From the IMG/VR virus record IMGVR_UViG_3300027881_000012, positions 1,065 to 65,064 of that record: DNA of 64,000 nt. One strand, written 5' to 3'. A model generated the notes under the pieces. The model was not told the origin of the DNA. It did not search any database and saw only the letters and a list, made by a program, of their open reading frames with translations. This stretch comes from a virus (Duplodnaviria; Caudoviricetes). This document shows, in pieces, positions 55,220 through 63,998 of the stretch. Position numbers and translations under genes: made by a program. Position 1 is the stretch's first letter; each line of letters opens with the position of its first letter.

Positions 55220-57494
55220 TGGTTTTAATCTCCGATCGGTTTTGCGCTCCCTCGCGCTTTGATTTTTCAACGTCACTCAGGACTTTGGCCCTTTCGATCT
55301 GCCGGCCGGCTGCCGCGTCGGTCTTTTTAAAGTCTAATTCCTCGTCGGCCAGCTCGACCGAGCTCTCAATGGCCATTGTTTCGGCCTCGATCTTCTCGAC
55401 TTCGGCGCCGGTTTTATCGGCCTCGACTTCCGTTTTCATGCCTTTGTCGACGGCCTCGGCCTCGACTTTGGCCGCCTGGCCCTCTTTCAATCTCATTTCG
55501 ATCATCTGAAAAGCCTCTAACAGTTCTTTCTCGCGCTGCTGTTCCTCGGCTTTGGCCTGTTCCTCTGCCACTACTTCTGGATCCTGGGGATCCTTGCTCG
55601 GATCTTTTTGACCGGTGATCTCGCGGATCCGCGCCACTAAGGTTTCTTTCAAGGGCACATCGGACATATCCACCACAATATCAAGCAGGCTCATGGCCAG
55701 CTCCGGCGGTAGTTTCTCGATCATGCTCATTAATTGCTCAAAGGCTGCCTGCCTCATGGTCGCGGTATAGTTCTGGCTATCGATAACGAAATCCGCCTGG
55801 CTGGCTGTAATATCGTTGGTCATTTCGCCGGTTTCCGGATCCTCGTAATTAAGATCTATGAAATCCCATTGGTTCGGCGCTCCCTGGATCCGGATTGTTT
55901 TCTCATCAGAATAGAATTGCTCGACCAGGCTCAATTTGAGCTCGCCTACCAGCTGAAAGGCTAACCGGAGATTGTCAAACATGGTCATGGTCAAGGTGGT
56001 GCCGAGCTCCTGGCGGGCTGTGATCGCTCGGCCTGATACCGCGTTTGTCTGCCGGCCCATCATTTCATCACTAACGCCGCCGGTCCGCTCGATATATTCG
56101 GCGTCTTGATTCATCAGCATAATGTGTTCGCCGGCCAGCTGTGTGTCGGTCTGGAAATCAAAGCGGGTGCCTTGCTTGACGCGGATCAATCCGTCTGGCC
56201 TATCGACTTCGGCCTTAATATCATCCCAATCGTCGGTTGCGTTTTCATCGGCTACAACCTGGCGCGTGTTTAGAATATGCAGGGCTTTGGATCTGCGCTT
56301 GTTTAGATCTTCCTGGGGATCGCGCAGCTGGCGGATCATTCCATAAGGTGAGTTGTCGGTCTTTTTTCTGTGGGCCCAAATAGGAACAAAAGGAAAGCGG
56401 TTGTGATTGTATGGCGTCGGTCCATCGTGCAAAACGCCTCGGCTGCAAAAGATCATTACTCTGACGCCCATTCGAATGGCATCTATCGTGCTGGCCAGGC
56501 CCTCGTTGACAAGCGCAACATGATTTTCATTCTTCTCATCAAACATGATGCCATTTAAGGTGCCGATCTCGCGGCCTTTCATTACCTTGCCGCGCATAGG
56601 CTCTTTGTACCAGGCCTCGATCAATCTGACTCGGTTTCTCGACCAGGTTGTAATGCCGGTATCTCCGGACAGCTCGAGCGCAAAGCCGGCCTCGCCCTCG
56701 ACCGGATCCACATCGATCTGTTGATCTTCCTCTTGCCAGTACAGATCATCTTTTTGCACTGCCAGCTTGACCACTCCTATCCGCTTTGGAAACATCGAGG
56801 CCGCTATATCGAAATCCACCCATTTAGATCTAAAAAGATAACGCGCATCTGAATAGTCCGGCTCAACGTGCAGGCTATCCCACCAAATATTACGCCAATC
56901 TTCCCATCTGACAAATACCGGCTCATCGTCAATATCGGATTTAACGCCGGCCTCGAGCCATCCCACTCCGGACTTGACCGAATCTTCAAAGGCCCTCGAG
57001 CGGTGAAAGGCCTCCTTGCTCACATCGGATACATATTTCAAGATCTTGGTTTTGGTTTCCGCCAGTGGCCGATCCTCTTTGCCTCGAGGCAATACCATAT
57101 AATCCATGCGGGTGCGTTTCTCGGTGCCGATAACCCAATCACAAGTAGGCTTGATCTGATTAAAGACGGTGGCCTTTTGGCCTCTGCCTTTGAGCTCGGT
57201 CTTATCGTCTTCCTCCCATTGATCGCCATCATAAAACTTGTGGTCTTTCATTTGCTCGATCCGGAAATCACCATGCAGCTGGCGCTCGCGCTTATACCAG
57301 CCATTAAGGCGCCGGTATCGAGTCAAGATCACTTCATCGAAATCATAGGGATGCTTGGCCAGGTCGCGGGTTTCCGCATCGGTAAAGCCCGCGAGTGCTA
57401 ATTCTTCTCCCTGGGATAGGCCTTGATTGTATCCGTAGTCCGGATCATTAAACCGGTCGGGCTCAACTGCCGGAGTATTGCTTATATCCGCCAT
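55191..57494 (-). CDS. Portal protein (P22-like)
   Basis: FYDGDQW...L..RGQ...FN.IKP; GVGW; FPFVP; PYG.IR.LRDPQ.DLNKRRSK. Confidence 0.92.
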   Translation of the reverse strand: MADISNTPAVEPDRFNDPDYGYNQGLSQGEELALAGFTDAETRDLAKHPYDFDEVILTRYRRLNGWYKRERQLHGDFRIEQMKDHKFYDGDQWEEDDKTELKGRGQKATVFNQIKPTCDWVIGTEKRTRMDYMVLPRGKEDRPLAETKTKILKYVSDVSKEAFHRSRAFEDSVKSGVGWLEAGVKSDIDDEPVFVRWEDWRNIWWDSLHVEPDYSDARYLFRSKWVDFDIAASMFPKRIGVVKLAVQKDDLYWQEEDQQIDVDPVEGEAGFALELSGDTGITTWSRNRVRLIEAWYKEPMRGKVMKGREIGTLNGIMFDEKNENHVALVNEGLASTIDAIRMGVRVMIFCSRGVLHDGPTPYNHNRFPFVPIWAHRKKTDNSPYGMIRQLRDPQEDLNKRRSKALHILNTRQVVADENATDDWDDIKAEVDRPDGLIRVKQGTRFDFQTDTQLAGEHIMLMNQDAEYIERTGGVSDEMMGRQTNAVSGRAITARQELGTTLTMTMFDNLRLAFQLVGELKLSLVEQFYSDEKTIRIQGAPNQWDFIDLNYEDPETGEMTNDITASQADFVIDSQNYTATMRQAAFEQLMSMIEKLPPELAMSLLDIVVDMSDVPLKETLVARIREITGQKDPSKDPQDPEVVAEEQAKAEEQQREKELLEAFQMIEMRLKEGQAAKVEAEAVDKGMKTEVEADKTGAEVEKIEAETMAIESSVELADEELDFKKTDAAAGRQIERAKVLSDVEKSKREGAQNRSEIKTNATTKKTTK

Positions 57495-57858
57495 CGGTAT
57501 CTTCCTTTATTTCATGCGTGAATTTCTCGCCGGCTGCTACCACTTCTACCTCTACCACTCCTTGCCTTTCGGGTGTTAGGGGTGGCATCTTAATGAGATC
57601 ATCGATCCTCGATTGAATGGCAGCCGCAATATCCGCGAGTTTACGCGAATCGGGCACTCCCATGTCAAATAGAGCGTGGATCTGGTTGCCTACCCTAAAC
57701 AAATGTTCCTCAAACGTGGCGTTATGGTCCTCTGACCACTCATGCAGCTGGCCCATACTCACTAAAAACCGGTTATTCGATCGGCGCTCATGCTTTGGCT
57801 TGACCATGATAACCGGCTGGCCTTTGTAATATCCGAGCTCTGTTGCTATCTCTGCCAT
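57463..57858 (-). CDS. Hypothetical protein preceding the portal
   Basis: IA..IQ..IDDLIKMPP motif; AAGGA SD. Confidence 0.7.
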   Translation of the reverse strand: MAEIATELGYYKGQPVIMVKPKHERRSNNRFLVSMGQLHEWSEDHNATFEEHLFRVGNQIHALFDMGVPDSRKLADIAAAIQSRIDDLIKMPPLTPERQGVVEVEVVAAGEKFTHEIKEDTDGGYKQYSGS

Positions 57859-57860
57859 CT

Positions 57861-58361
57861 TTAATAAATTCCTTTCACGGCCAATAAGCCATCATCCTTA
57901 ATGGCGCTGGTGGTTTCCTTGATCTTGGGCACTATCCGAATTGAAATGATCGCTGATACCTTTTTCAAATTGCCAGGGGTGCCGATCGGAATATCAACCG
58001 CGTGGCTAATCTCATTCGACCAGCCTCCGCAATCGGTAGTATCATCCGGACCTATGCAGGCCCGCAATTTCATATACTTGGTAACGGTTTCCCCTGGGGT
58101 GCCGGTATAGATAATATCGGCGTCGCCCTGGTAGGTATCTGGATTAGTTGATACTGGATTGCTTTTAGCAATATCGATAAATTGAGTGTAGCCGGCGCCT
58201 GGTCCGGTGCCGACTCCGAGCTGCCAGCGGGTCATTACGCTAAATGTTTCGGTGTCTTGCTCCCATTCTAAGCCAATCGTTTGGTTCGAATCGGCCGCGC
58301 CAGCTGGTAAGACAAACAGACCGACAAATAATACCGCGATAATAAATGCTAAAAATTTCAT
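57861..58361 (-). CDS. Secreted Ig/FN3-like protein
   Basis: Sec signal MKFLAFIIAVLFVGLFVLPAGA; LEW...Y..LRA...SNE. Confidence 0.65.
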   Translation of the reverse strand: MKFLAFIIAVLFVGLFVLPAGAADSNQTIGLEWEQDTETFSVMTRWQLGVGTGPGAGYTQFIDIAKSNPVSTNPDTYQGDADIIYTGTPGETVTKYMKLRACIGPDDTTDCGGWSNEISHAVDIPIGTPGNLKKVSAIISIRIVPKIKETTSAIKDDGLLAVKGIY

Positions 58362-58373
58362 GGCATCCTCCCT

Positions 58374-59858
58374 TTAGACGCTCATAGCTGTGCGCCGTTT
58401 GCGTTTCCATTTTTCGGATCCGCGCTTTTTAGGTTTGTTGCCCACCAGGCGGACCATGACATATTGAAAGGCGTCGTGGATATGTGCAAATCGGTTCTTT
58501 TCCGCCTTATCGAAAAACTCGCCGGTGTTCATTATCTCTTTGTAATGATAACCGCCTAAGAATCCATTGAGCAGCCTGGTACAGGTCGGATCTATCAAAC
58601 AGCCATCGATCCTGGCCAGGATGCTATCGACCGCCTGAGTGCGAGCTGTAAAGTTTTGCTCCGAGCTCTCAACGGTGATACCTTCCTCGCCCATCAGTAT
58701 TTGATTGCTGGTGAATCCGCCCTCCTTCTTTGAAAACTTGGCCGCGCCGGCCGGATCCCCATAGTCCACCCAATCGGCATTAGGAAATCGCTTGTTACAT
58801 TCTTCTTTCACCCATTTGGAAAAATCAACGATGCCCATCTTATCGTGACAGAATTCTTTTAAAACTTGGTAGCGCAGGGGTGAAGGGTTATAAACGACGA
58901 CGGCTGCCGGCACGTTTCCGGAGTTATCCCATCCTCGATACAGTGTGCCAGGGCCCACCCATACAAGCGGAGCTCTCGCCTGGTGCAGATCCCGCCGGAA
59001 ATTATAATATACCAGCTTGCCTTTGACTAAGACGCCAGGCTTGCCGTCGATATACATTTCGATCCAATCCGGAGTATCTTTATAGTCCAGCATTAGATCG
59101 TTGTAATAGCCAGGCCGCAGATACTTTTCGTTTTCTCGCGGGGGCTGCCAGAATCCTTCATGGTTTGCCAGGGGCTCTATTTCCGGTATGGGCCCTGGCA
59201 CTTCGTTTTGCCAGGCGAATTGGTGATAGGTGGGCATCTCAATATCGGGGGGGTTGGTGGTTTCGAGGCCAAAACGAGGCAGGGGGAATGTTTCGTTTCC
59301 ATCGATGATCCACTCCGGCGGGACCGCGCCAAACTTCTGCTTGTACCACTCGACGGCCTTTTTCATCTTTGGATAGCGGCCGATCCTGTTTTTGAGCATA
59401 CGCTTGATCGAGTCGGCCACTTCGATTGACTCATCGATCCAATAGCCAGTTACCTCGAGGCTCTTAAACTTCTTAACGTCTTGCTCTCGATCGCATGATC
59501 TAAAAAGGAGTGTTACGGTGGGGCCGTCCGGATGCTTGATCGTGTACTTTTGCTCTTGCTTTAGAAATGCGCCGAATGGGAACCACTCAAAGATGGTTGT
59601 TTGCGTAGTATCTCGGAGCTCGGCATAGGTATTGCGGACAACAACAAACTTGGTCTGTTTGATATTGAAATGCTTGAATAGATGCCAGGGGATAAGGTTG
59701 CACACTTCCCAGGCTGCGCCGGTGGTTTTGCCTGATCCGACCGGACCGACTATGGCGCGTAAAGGGGCTCCCGACTTATGAAATTGCCTAATCGTCGGAA
59801 TGGCATCGTATGTGACCTTTTCCTCATTGGTTTCGTAGCTGTGTTGAGCTAATGCCAA
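58374..59858 (-). CDS. terL: Terminase large subunit
   Basis: GPVGSGKTT, VVRNTY.EL.DTT, W.DE, TNPP, GWD, DPAG, HIHDA.QY. Confidence 0.93.
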   Translation of the reverse strand: MALAQHSYETNEEKVTYDAIPTIRQFHKSGAPLRAIVGPVGSGKTTGAAWEVCNLIPWHLFKHFNIKQTKFVVVRNTYAELRDTTQTTIFEWFPFGAFLKQEQKYTIKHPDGPTVTLLFRSCDREQDVKKFKSLEVTGYWIDESIEVADSIKRMLKNRIGRYPKMKKAVEWYKQKFGAVPPEWIIDGNETFPLPRFGLETTNPPDIEMPTYHQFAWQNEVPGPIPEIEPLANHEGFWQPPRENEKYLRPGYYNDLMLDYKDTPDWIEMYIDGKPGVLVKGKLVYYNFRRDLHQARAPLVWVGPGTLYRGWDNSGNVPAAVVVYNPSPLRYQVLKEFCHDKMGIVDFSKWVKEECNKRFPNADWVDYGDPAGAAKFSKKEGGFTSNQILMGEEGITVESSEQNFTARTQAVDSILARIDGCLIDPTCTRLLNGFLGGYHYKEIMNTGEFFDKAEKNRFAHIHDAFQYVMVRLVGNKPKKRGSEKWKRKRRTAMSV

Positions 59859-59878
59859 ATTTCAATCTCCGCATTGGC

Positions 59879-60220
59879 TTATCCTCTCCTTTTGCTTTGC
59901 CGGCCTCCTGGCCGGTATAGTTCATCAAATGGGATCCGCTCGGCCGTACACACATAATAATCAGTGCCATCGATCTTGACCGGTTTGATCTTCGACCATG
60001 CAGATCCCCATCGTTGCGCATCTTCAATTTGCGATAGGCTTAACTTGTCCTCATAGATATGGACGCCATCATATTGGCCCAGGGCGCCGGTGAAAAGCGG
60101 ATTAGGGTAGGCCGCTGCCGGCGCCTTTTCTGCTGCCGCCACCAGGACCGCCGGCGCCATGACGGCCGCAGCTGCCCCGATACCGATCTGCTTTAGAAAT
60201 TTCCGCCTTGTAATTTTCAT
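59879..60220 (-). CDS. Twin-arginine signal protein carrying major-capsid-like fragments
   Basis: TRRKFLK plus hydrophobic helix; NPLFTGALGQYDGV and KIKPVKIDG.DYYV resemble MCP segments. Confidence 0.65.
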   Translation of the reverse strand: MKITRRKFLKQIGIGAAAAVMAPAVLVAAAEKAPAAAYPNPLFTGALGQYDGVHIYEDKLSLSQIEDAQRWGSAWSKIKPVKIDGTDYYVCTAERIPFDELYRPGGRQSKRRG

Positions 60221-60340
60221 GTAATTATCAAGCGATTTACTTAAATTGGGCTATTTGGGTGAAATCACCCACAAAACGGGCTCGCCATTTGCTCGAGGAT
60301 CGATGATCTCGGACCACCCAGGGGTATGAGTACCAGGATA

Positions 60341-60973
60341 TTAGGCGCTTTTGATCTGTGCCATGCCGGCATCGACCGGTTTCTCTAAGTCGCCTATAAT
60401 GTAGTAGGTGATCTTTTCGACTCCGGATCCGTCGCCATCGAGGCCGTAAGTTTGCCTTTGCAGGGGCACTATCTTATCAACCACATAGGCCACTGTTCGC
60501 AAAAGATTGTTGCGCTCTTTCAATGCCAGCTGCGCAGCCATGACGATATTTTTCTTGACTCGATCGCCGCCTGCCAGCTTGGCCATGATGCCGCTCGAGC
60601 TCTTTAAATCTTCGACGGTTACATCTATCTGTTGCAAGATTTTGGAAAATAAAATCTTGTGAGCTCCCACCACTCCCGCGCCTACCTCGCCATAGCTCTC
60701 GATGGACTCATCATAGTTATCGGGTGTAACCGCATGCTGTAACTCAGCCTCGAGTAGCTTGTGGTTGACCGAATTTTTAACATCGGTGGCCAGCTTGCGC
60801 GTTAATCCGAGGCCATCCATGTGTTTCATTATGGCCTGGCGGGTCGGTCCATAAGCCCTTGAAATCGCTGCAACACTTAGCTGGCCGAGCTGGTACTCAT
60901 TCTCAACCTTTTGCCAAATCTTAACCGGATAACCGTTGCCGTTAGCCTGGCCGTTTTTCTTCTCTTGTGACAT
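60341..60973 (-). CDS. terS: Terminase small subunit
   Basis: W..VE.EY..GQLSV.AI...YG..R.AI HTH; L.RQ.YGLD; upstream of terL. Confidence 0.75.
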   Translation of the reverse strand: MSQEKKNGQANGNGYPVKIWQKVENEYQLGQLSVAAISRAYGPTRQAIMKHMDGLGLTRKLATDVKNSVNHKLLEAELQHAVTPDNYDESIESYGEVGAGVVGAHKILFSKILQQIDVTVEDLKSSSGIMAKLAGGDRVKKNIVMAAQLALKERNNLLRTVAYVVDKIVPLQRQTYGLDGDGSGVEKITYYIIGDLEKPVDAGMAQIKSA

Positions 60974-61346
60974 TTCGATTATGCCTCATTAGGATCCTGG
61001 TGAGTTGCACCTGTAACCTAAACCTGGTTTTTTGAACGATGCCCAATCCACCAAAAGGTATCATGTAAATATTTAATCTTGCAATAATATTTTCATCCAG
61101 GGCGCCGTCCGCGATCAATTTTTGGCCTGTAACCTTAAAATATTGGTGTAACTCATGCGGTCTTAGCCGGATATTTTTAATAATCCTCTCCACTTGCGCC
61201 ACTTCCAGGGCCTTTAATTCATTATTTAGGCTGTCAAAAGGCTGCCAGGGTGTAACCGGATCCGTAACCTTTTCCAATTCCAGCCAGGAAGTATAAATAA
61301 TCTGAGCCATTTCAGTGGTTGTCAATTCCTTTAACGTGCTGGTCAT
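60942..61346 (-). CDS. Divergent RyR-domain-like protein
   Basis: PFDSL...K and MIPF..L...QK, P.ELH....K..ADG pattern. Confidence 0.4.
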   Translation of the reverse strand: MTSTLKELTTTEMAQIIYTSWLELEKVTDPVTPWQPFDSLNNELKALEVAQVERIIKNIRLRPHELHQYFKVTGQKLIADGALDENIIARLNIYMIPFGGLGIVQKTRFRLQVQLTRILMRHNRNVTREEKRPG

Positions 61347-61363
61347 ATTTCTTGCTCCCCTAT

Positions 61364-61390
61364 GCCCAGGGGCTCCGCCGGCCCCTGGGC
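61364..61390. promoter_or_regulatory. 10-bp GC hairpin between the lysis cassette and the packaging genes
   Basis: GCCCAGGGGC-TCCGCCG-GCCCCTGGGC; no U-tract. Confidence 0.4.
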
Positions 61391-61438
61391 CCTACTGGTT
61401 ATCGGCTGCCGGCCACCTCAAATAACCGGCGCCTTTGG

Positions 61439-61639
61439 TTATTCGGGTTCTGTGGTATCTGCTGCGTTTGTGCCGCCGAATTCTTCCTCATAAGCGGCCC
61501 GCACTGTTTTAGTTCGTTCTTCCTCGCTTGCGGCCATGACCTCTAATTCCTCCGGCGTCTTGCCGGCGGTGGCTTTGTCATATAGCCGGATGCCTGCCTC
61601 TAAAAACGATAGTAAAATCGTTAATTCTGCTGCTCCCAT
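61439..61639 (-). CDS. Small lysis-cassette protein
   Basis: Amphipathic N-terminus; AAGGA SD. Confidence 0.6.
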   Translation of the reverse strand: MGAAELTILLSFLEAGIRLYDKATAGKTPEELEVMAASEEERTKTVRAAYEEEFGGTNAADTTEPE

Positions 61640-61712
61640 TGTCCTTTACTCCTTGTTAAGGTTCGATTCGATCGTCTACCCTGACCGATATTAGCCCTAT
61701 TCAGAGCTAAAT

Positions 61713-62108
61713 TTAACCATCGTCAAGGTATTTGGCGATAATCCCCGCCATCTTTGTCCTTAACTTAATCCAGGCACCATCATAGGAGCTCGCATCTTTG
61801 GCCGGATCCATCAAAGCGAGTTTCCAGCCGTCTAACAGGGTTTCAATCGAGTCAAGCACTGGATCTAACTTGCCTTTCATTTCGGCCTTATCCTCTGCCG
61901 TCAAAAGGGTGCCGTAAACGGTTAGAGATTCGAGCTGGTCATTATAAAACTTCCGAGCTGTGACATACTTGCCTTTCGGCGTATCCGGTATGGGATTACC
62001 GGCAAATCGAGTACCCGCGCAGCCCGCGACCGCGATCACCAGGAACACTGCTATAATTAGCAGTATGCTATCGCAAAATTCGTGAAAAATCTGTTTCCTC
62101 AGTTTCAT
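61713..62108 (-). CDS. Lipoprotein (spanin-like candidate)
   Basis: Hydrophobic signal ending in the lipobox VAGC. Confidence 0.65.
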   Translation of the reverse strand: MKLRKQIFHEFCDSILLIIAVFLVIAVAGCAGTRFAGNPIPDTPKGKYVTARKFYNDQLESLTVYGTLLTAEDKAEMKGKLDPVLDSIETLLDGWKLALMDPAKDASSYDGAWIKLRTKMAGIIAKYLDDG

Positions 62109-62135
62109 TGAAAAGGCCCTCCTTTCCTTTAGGGA

Positions 62136-62573
62136 TTATGCCGGCGGTGGTACTCTCGGCTCCATCGCGCCGGCGTCGATTTTGAGCCGCTTGGTTGTCA
62201 AGACGGCCGCCTCGACCTGGCCGGAAATAAATTCAGCCAGGTTATCGTTTGCGAGCTCTAAAATTTTCTTGGTGGCTGTTGGTAGCTGGTCGGTAATTGA
62301 TTTAATCGCGGCCTCTTTTAGCACCTGGCCCTCATCCTGGGTAATCGCGCCATCGGCGCCTACTTGCTTAACCGTTTCATTTACCCGCACAACCGCGCTT
62401 TGCACCACTCCGCTTAAAATCACCATAGCATCATCGACGGCCTGGCTATCGGTCTTGGTTTTAATCCATTTTTTCAGCTCGTACAGGGCCCAGGTTGTCA
62501 AAGCCGATACGGCCGCCACTGCAAATGGAATAATAATTGCTAAAATCTGCTGCGATATGGTTGATTCATCCAT
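62136..62573 (-). CDS. Holin, LL-H-like
   Basis: One N-terminal TM; V.SAV...E; I...VEAAV. Confidence 0.65.
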   Translation of the reverse strand: MDESTISQQILAIIIPFAVAAVSALTTWALYELKKWIKTKTDSQAVDDAMVILSGVVQSAVVRVNETVKQVGADGAITQDEGQVLKEAAIKSITDQLPTATKKILELANDNLAEFISGQVEAAVLTTKRLKIDAGAMEPRVPPPA

Positions 62574-62590
62574 CTGTTAGCCTCCTGCGT

Positions 62591-63079
62591 TTAGGTTTTT
62601 AATTGAGCTGCGCTAAAGCCATTTTTCTTTAGCAGCATTAACACGCGCTCATCGAGCCTGGTTAAAAGTGTCTGGCCTGCATCCATCTTTTTAGCCAGGA
62701 GATTAACATCTTTCTTGATCGCATCTTTATAATCCTCAAAATCTCCGCGTGATACCGTTTCCAGCCTGGCCCGCTCCCGCAGCCGGTCCATGCCTTTTAG
62801 ATCGTGCCTGACCTCATCGATCCGGCCGATTAACATAGATTGACAAACTCCCTGGTGCGCTACTAATTGATCGTCTAAGCGGGTGATCTCCTTTTGAAAA
62901 TCGACCTGGCTCACGGCCTTTTCCACTTTATGCTCCAATCCTATTTGCCTTTTATTGATCTTTCCCAGGCCCTCTTTTAGGTTCGGAATTGCAAATTTGA
63001 TCGTGCCCCAAACTGCTCCGCCGGCCACAACTATGATAATACCGATCAAAATCAGTATATGTAAATCTTTGATAATCAA
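62591..63079 (-). CDS. Membrane-anchored coiled-coil protein (holin/antiholin-like)
   Basis: N-terminal TM, coiled coil, LTRLDER; AGGAG SD with TTG start. Confidence 0.6.
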   Translation of the reverse strand: MIIKDLHILILIGIIIVVAGGAVWGTIKFAIPNLKEGLGKINKRQIGLEHKVEKAVSQVDFQKEITRLDDQLVAHQGVCQSMLIGRIDEVRHDLKGMDRLRERARLETVSRGDFEDYKDAIKKDVNLLAKKMDAGQTLLTRLDERVLMLLKKNGFSAAQLKT

Positions 63080-63115
63080 AGTATTTTCTCCTATTTGCTC
63101 GCATCGGCGCCCTCA

Positions 63116-63151
63116 GAAAACAAAAACCCTGGGGGTGGTCAAACCCCAGGG
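63116..63151 (-). terminator. Rho-independent terminator upstream of the lysis/late genes
   Basis: CCCTGGGG-TTTGACCAC-CCCCAGGG followed by TTTTTGTTTT on the - strand. Confidence 0.75.
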
Positions 63152-63252
63152 CTCATGCAAAAGAAGATAAAAATAATGGTTGATCCATCGAGTCGCCCGT
63201 TTACGTTCAGAATTTTGACTCCGGATAGCAGACGCTCTTATGGTATGCCTAA

Positions 63253-63675
63253 TTATTTAGGCTTGTCAACCTCGGATTTTTTCTCGGCCTCATCGGCGTC
63301 CGGTTTTTTCTCGCTCTCTGCCGCGTCGCCGCCTACTGCGCCAATACTTTGAATGTTTTGAACGATCTTAATTACGCTGGCTGCAAATTTTGTTGCCTGA
63401 TCCGGTTTCATGGCCATCCAGCTGATACTCTGCCCAAAATCGACAACTATCTGGCCGGCCTGCTCCTTGACCTGGATCCGCAAATCTCGCTTGGGTATCG
63501 CCATGCCTGCGCCTGGTGGCCCGCCGCCTATCGGAATACCATGCTTTTTGGCCAGCTCCTTGACCTCGCTTAAAAAATCCAGCTGCTTTTTTGTGTCGGC
63601 TGCCGCCTGCTCGCCCGCCTCATCTCCGCCGTTGCCTTTCTGCCGGCTCGGTGCTTTCTGCGATTTTTTAGCCAT
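63253..63675 (-). CDS. Hypothetical protein (start at MAKKSQK), paralogue of 5736..5975
   Basis: GGAGGG SD before the internal ATG. Confidence 0.6.
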   Translation of the reverse strand: MAKKSQKAPSRQKGNGGDEAGEQAAADTKKQLDFLSEVKELAKKHGIPIGGGPPGAGMAIPKRDLRIQVKEQAGQIVVDFGQSISWMAMKPDQATKFAASVIKIVQNIQSIGAVGGDAAESEKKPDADEAEKKSEVDKPK

Positions 63676-63840
63676 TAAACCCTCCCTCTTGTTCCAGGCC
63701 GTAGCGGCCTCTTTTAAGTTACGGTGAAAACCGGTCTGGATCCCACACCCTCGACACTGGATCCAGGTATCACTCCCGCCCTCTAACTCCATGACCAGGC
63801 CCAAATCATTACAATCTGGACAATGTTTGATCTGTAAAAT
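63676..63840 (-). CDS. Lar-like restriction-alleviation Zn-ribbon segment, in frame with the downstream gene
   Basis: CPDC...WIQCRGCG..T......EAATAWNKR; apparent ATT start with AGGGAG SD; no stop before 63675. Confidence 0.55.
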
Positions 63841-63998
63841 TAGAACAGCTCCCTTTCGCCGGCGGTCACTTCTCGATACGCCGTTTCGAATACGTCTTTG
63901 GGGCTCCATGAAATATAGCCATCCGGATATTTCACCTGGTAGCCTAACCGATCATCCCCGATCATCGCCTTGCCCTGGCTCTTTTTAAATTCAAACTC
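63840..63998 (-). CDS. 5'-truncated phage protein with a GYxVxYxDGYxSWSPKxVFExAY domain
   Basis: Hand translation ...GYQVKYPDGYISWSPKDVFETAYREVTAGERELF*. Confidence 0.75.
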   Translation of the reverse strand, partial: EFEFKKSQGKAMIGDDRLGYQVKYPDGYISWSPKDVFETAYREVTAGERELF

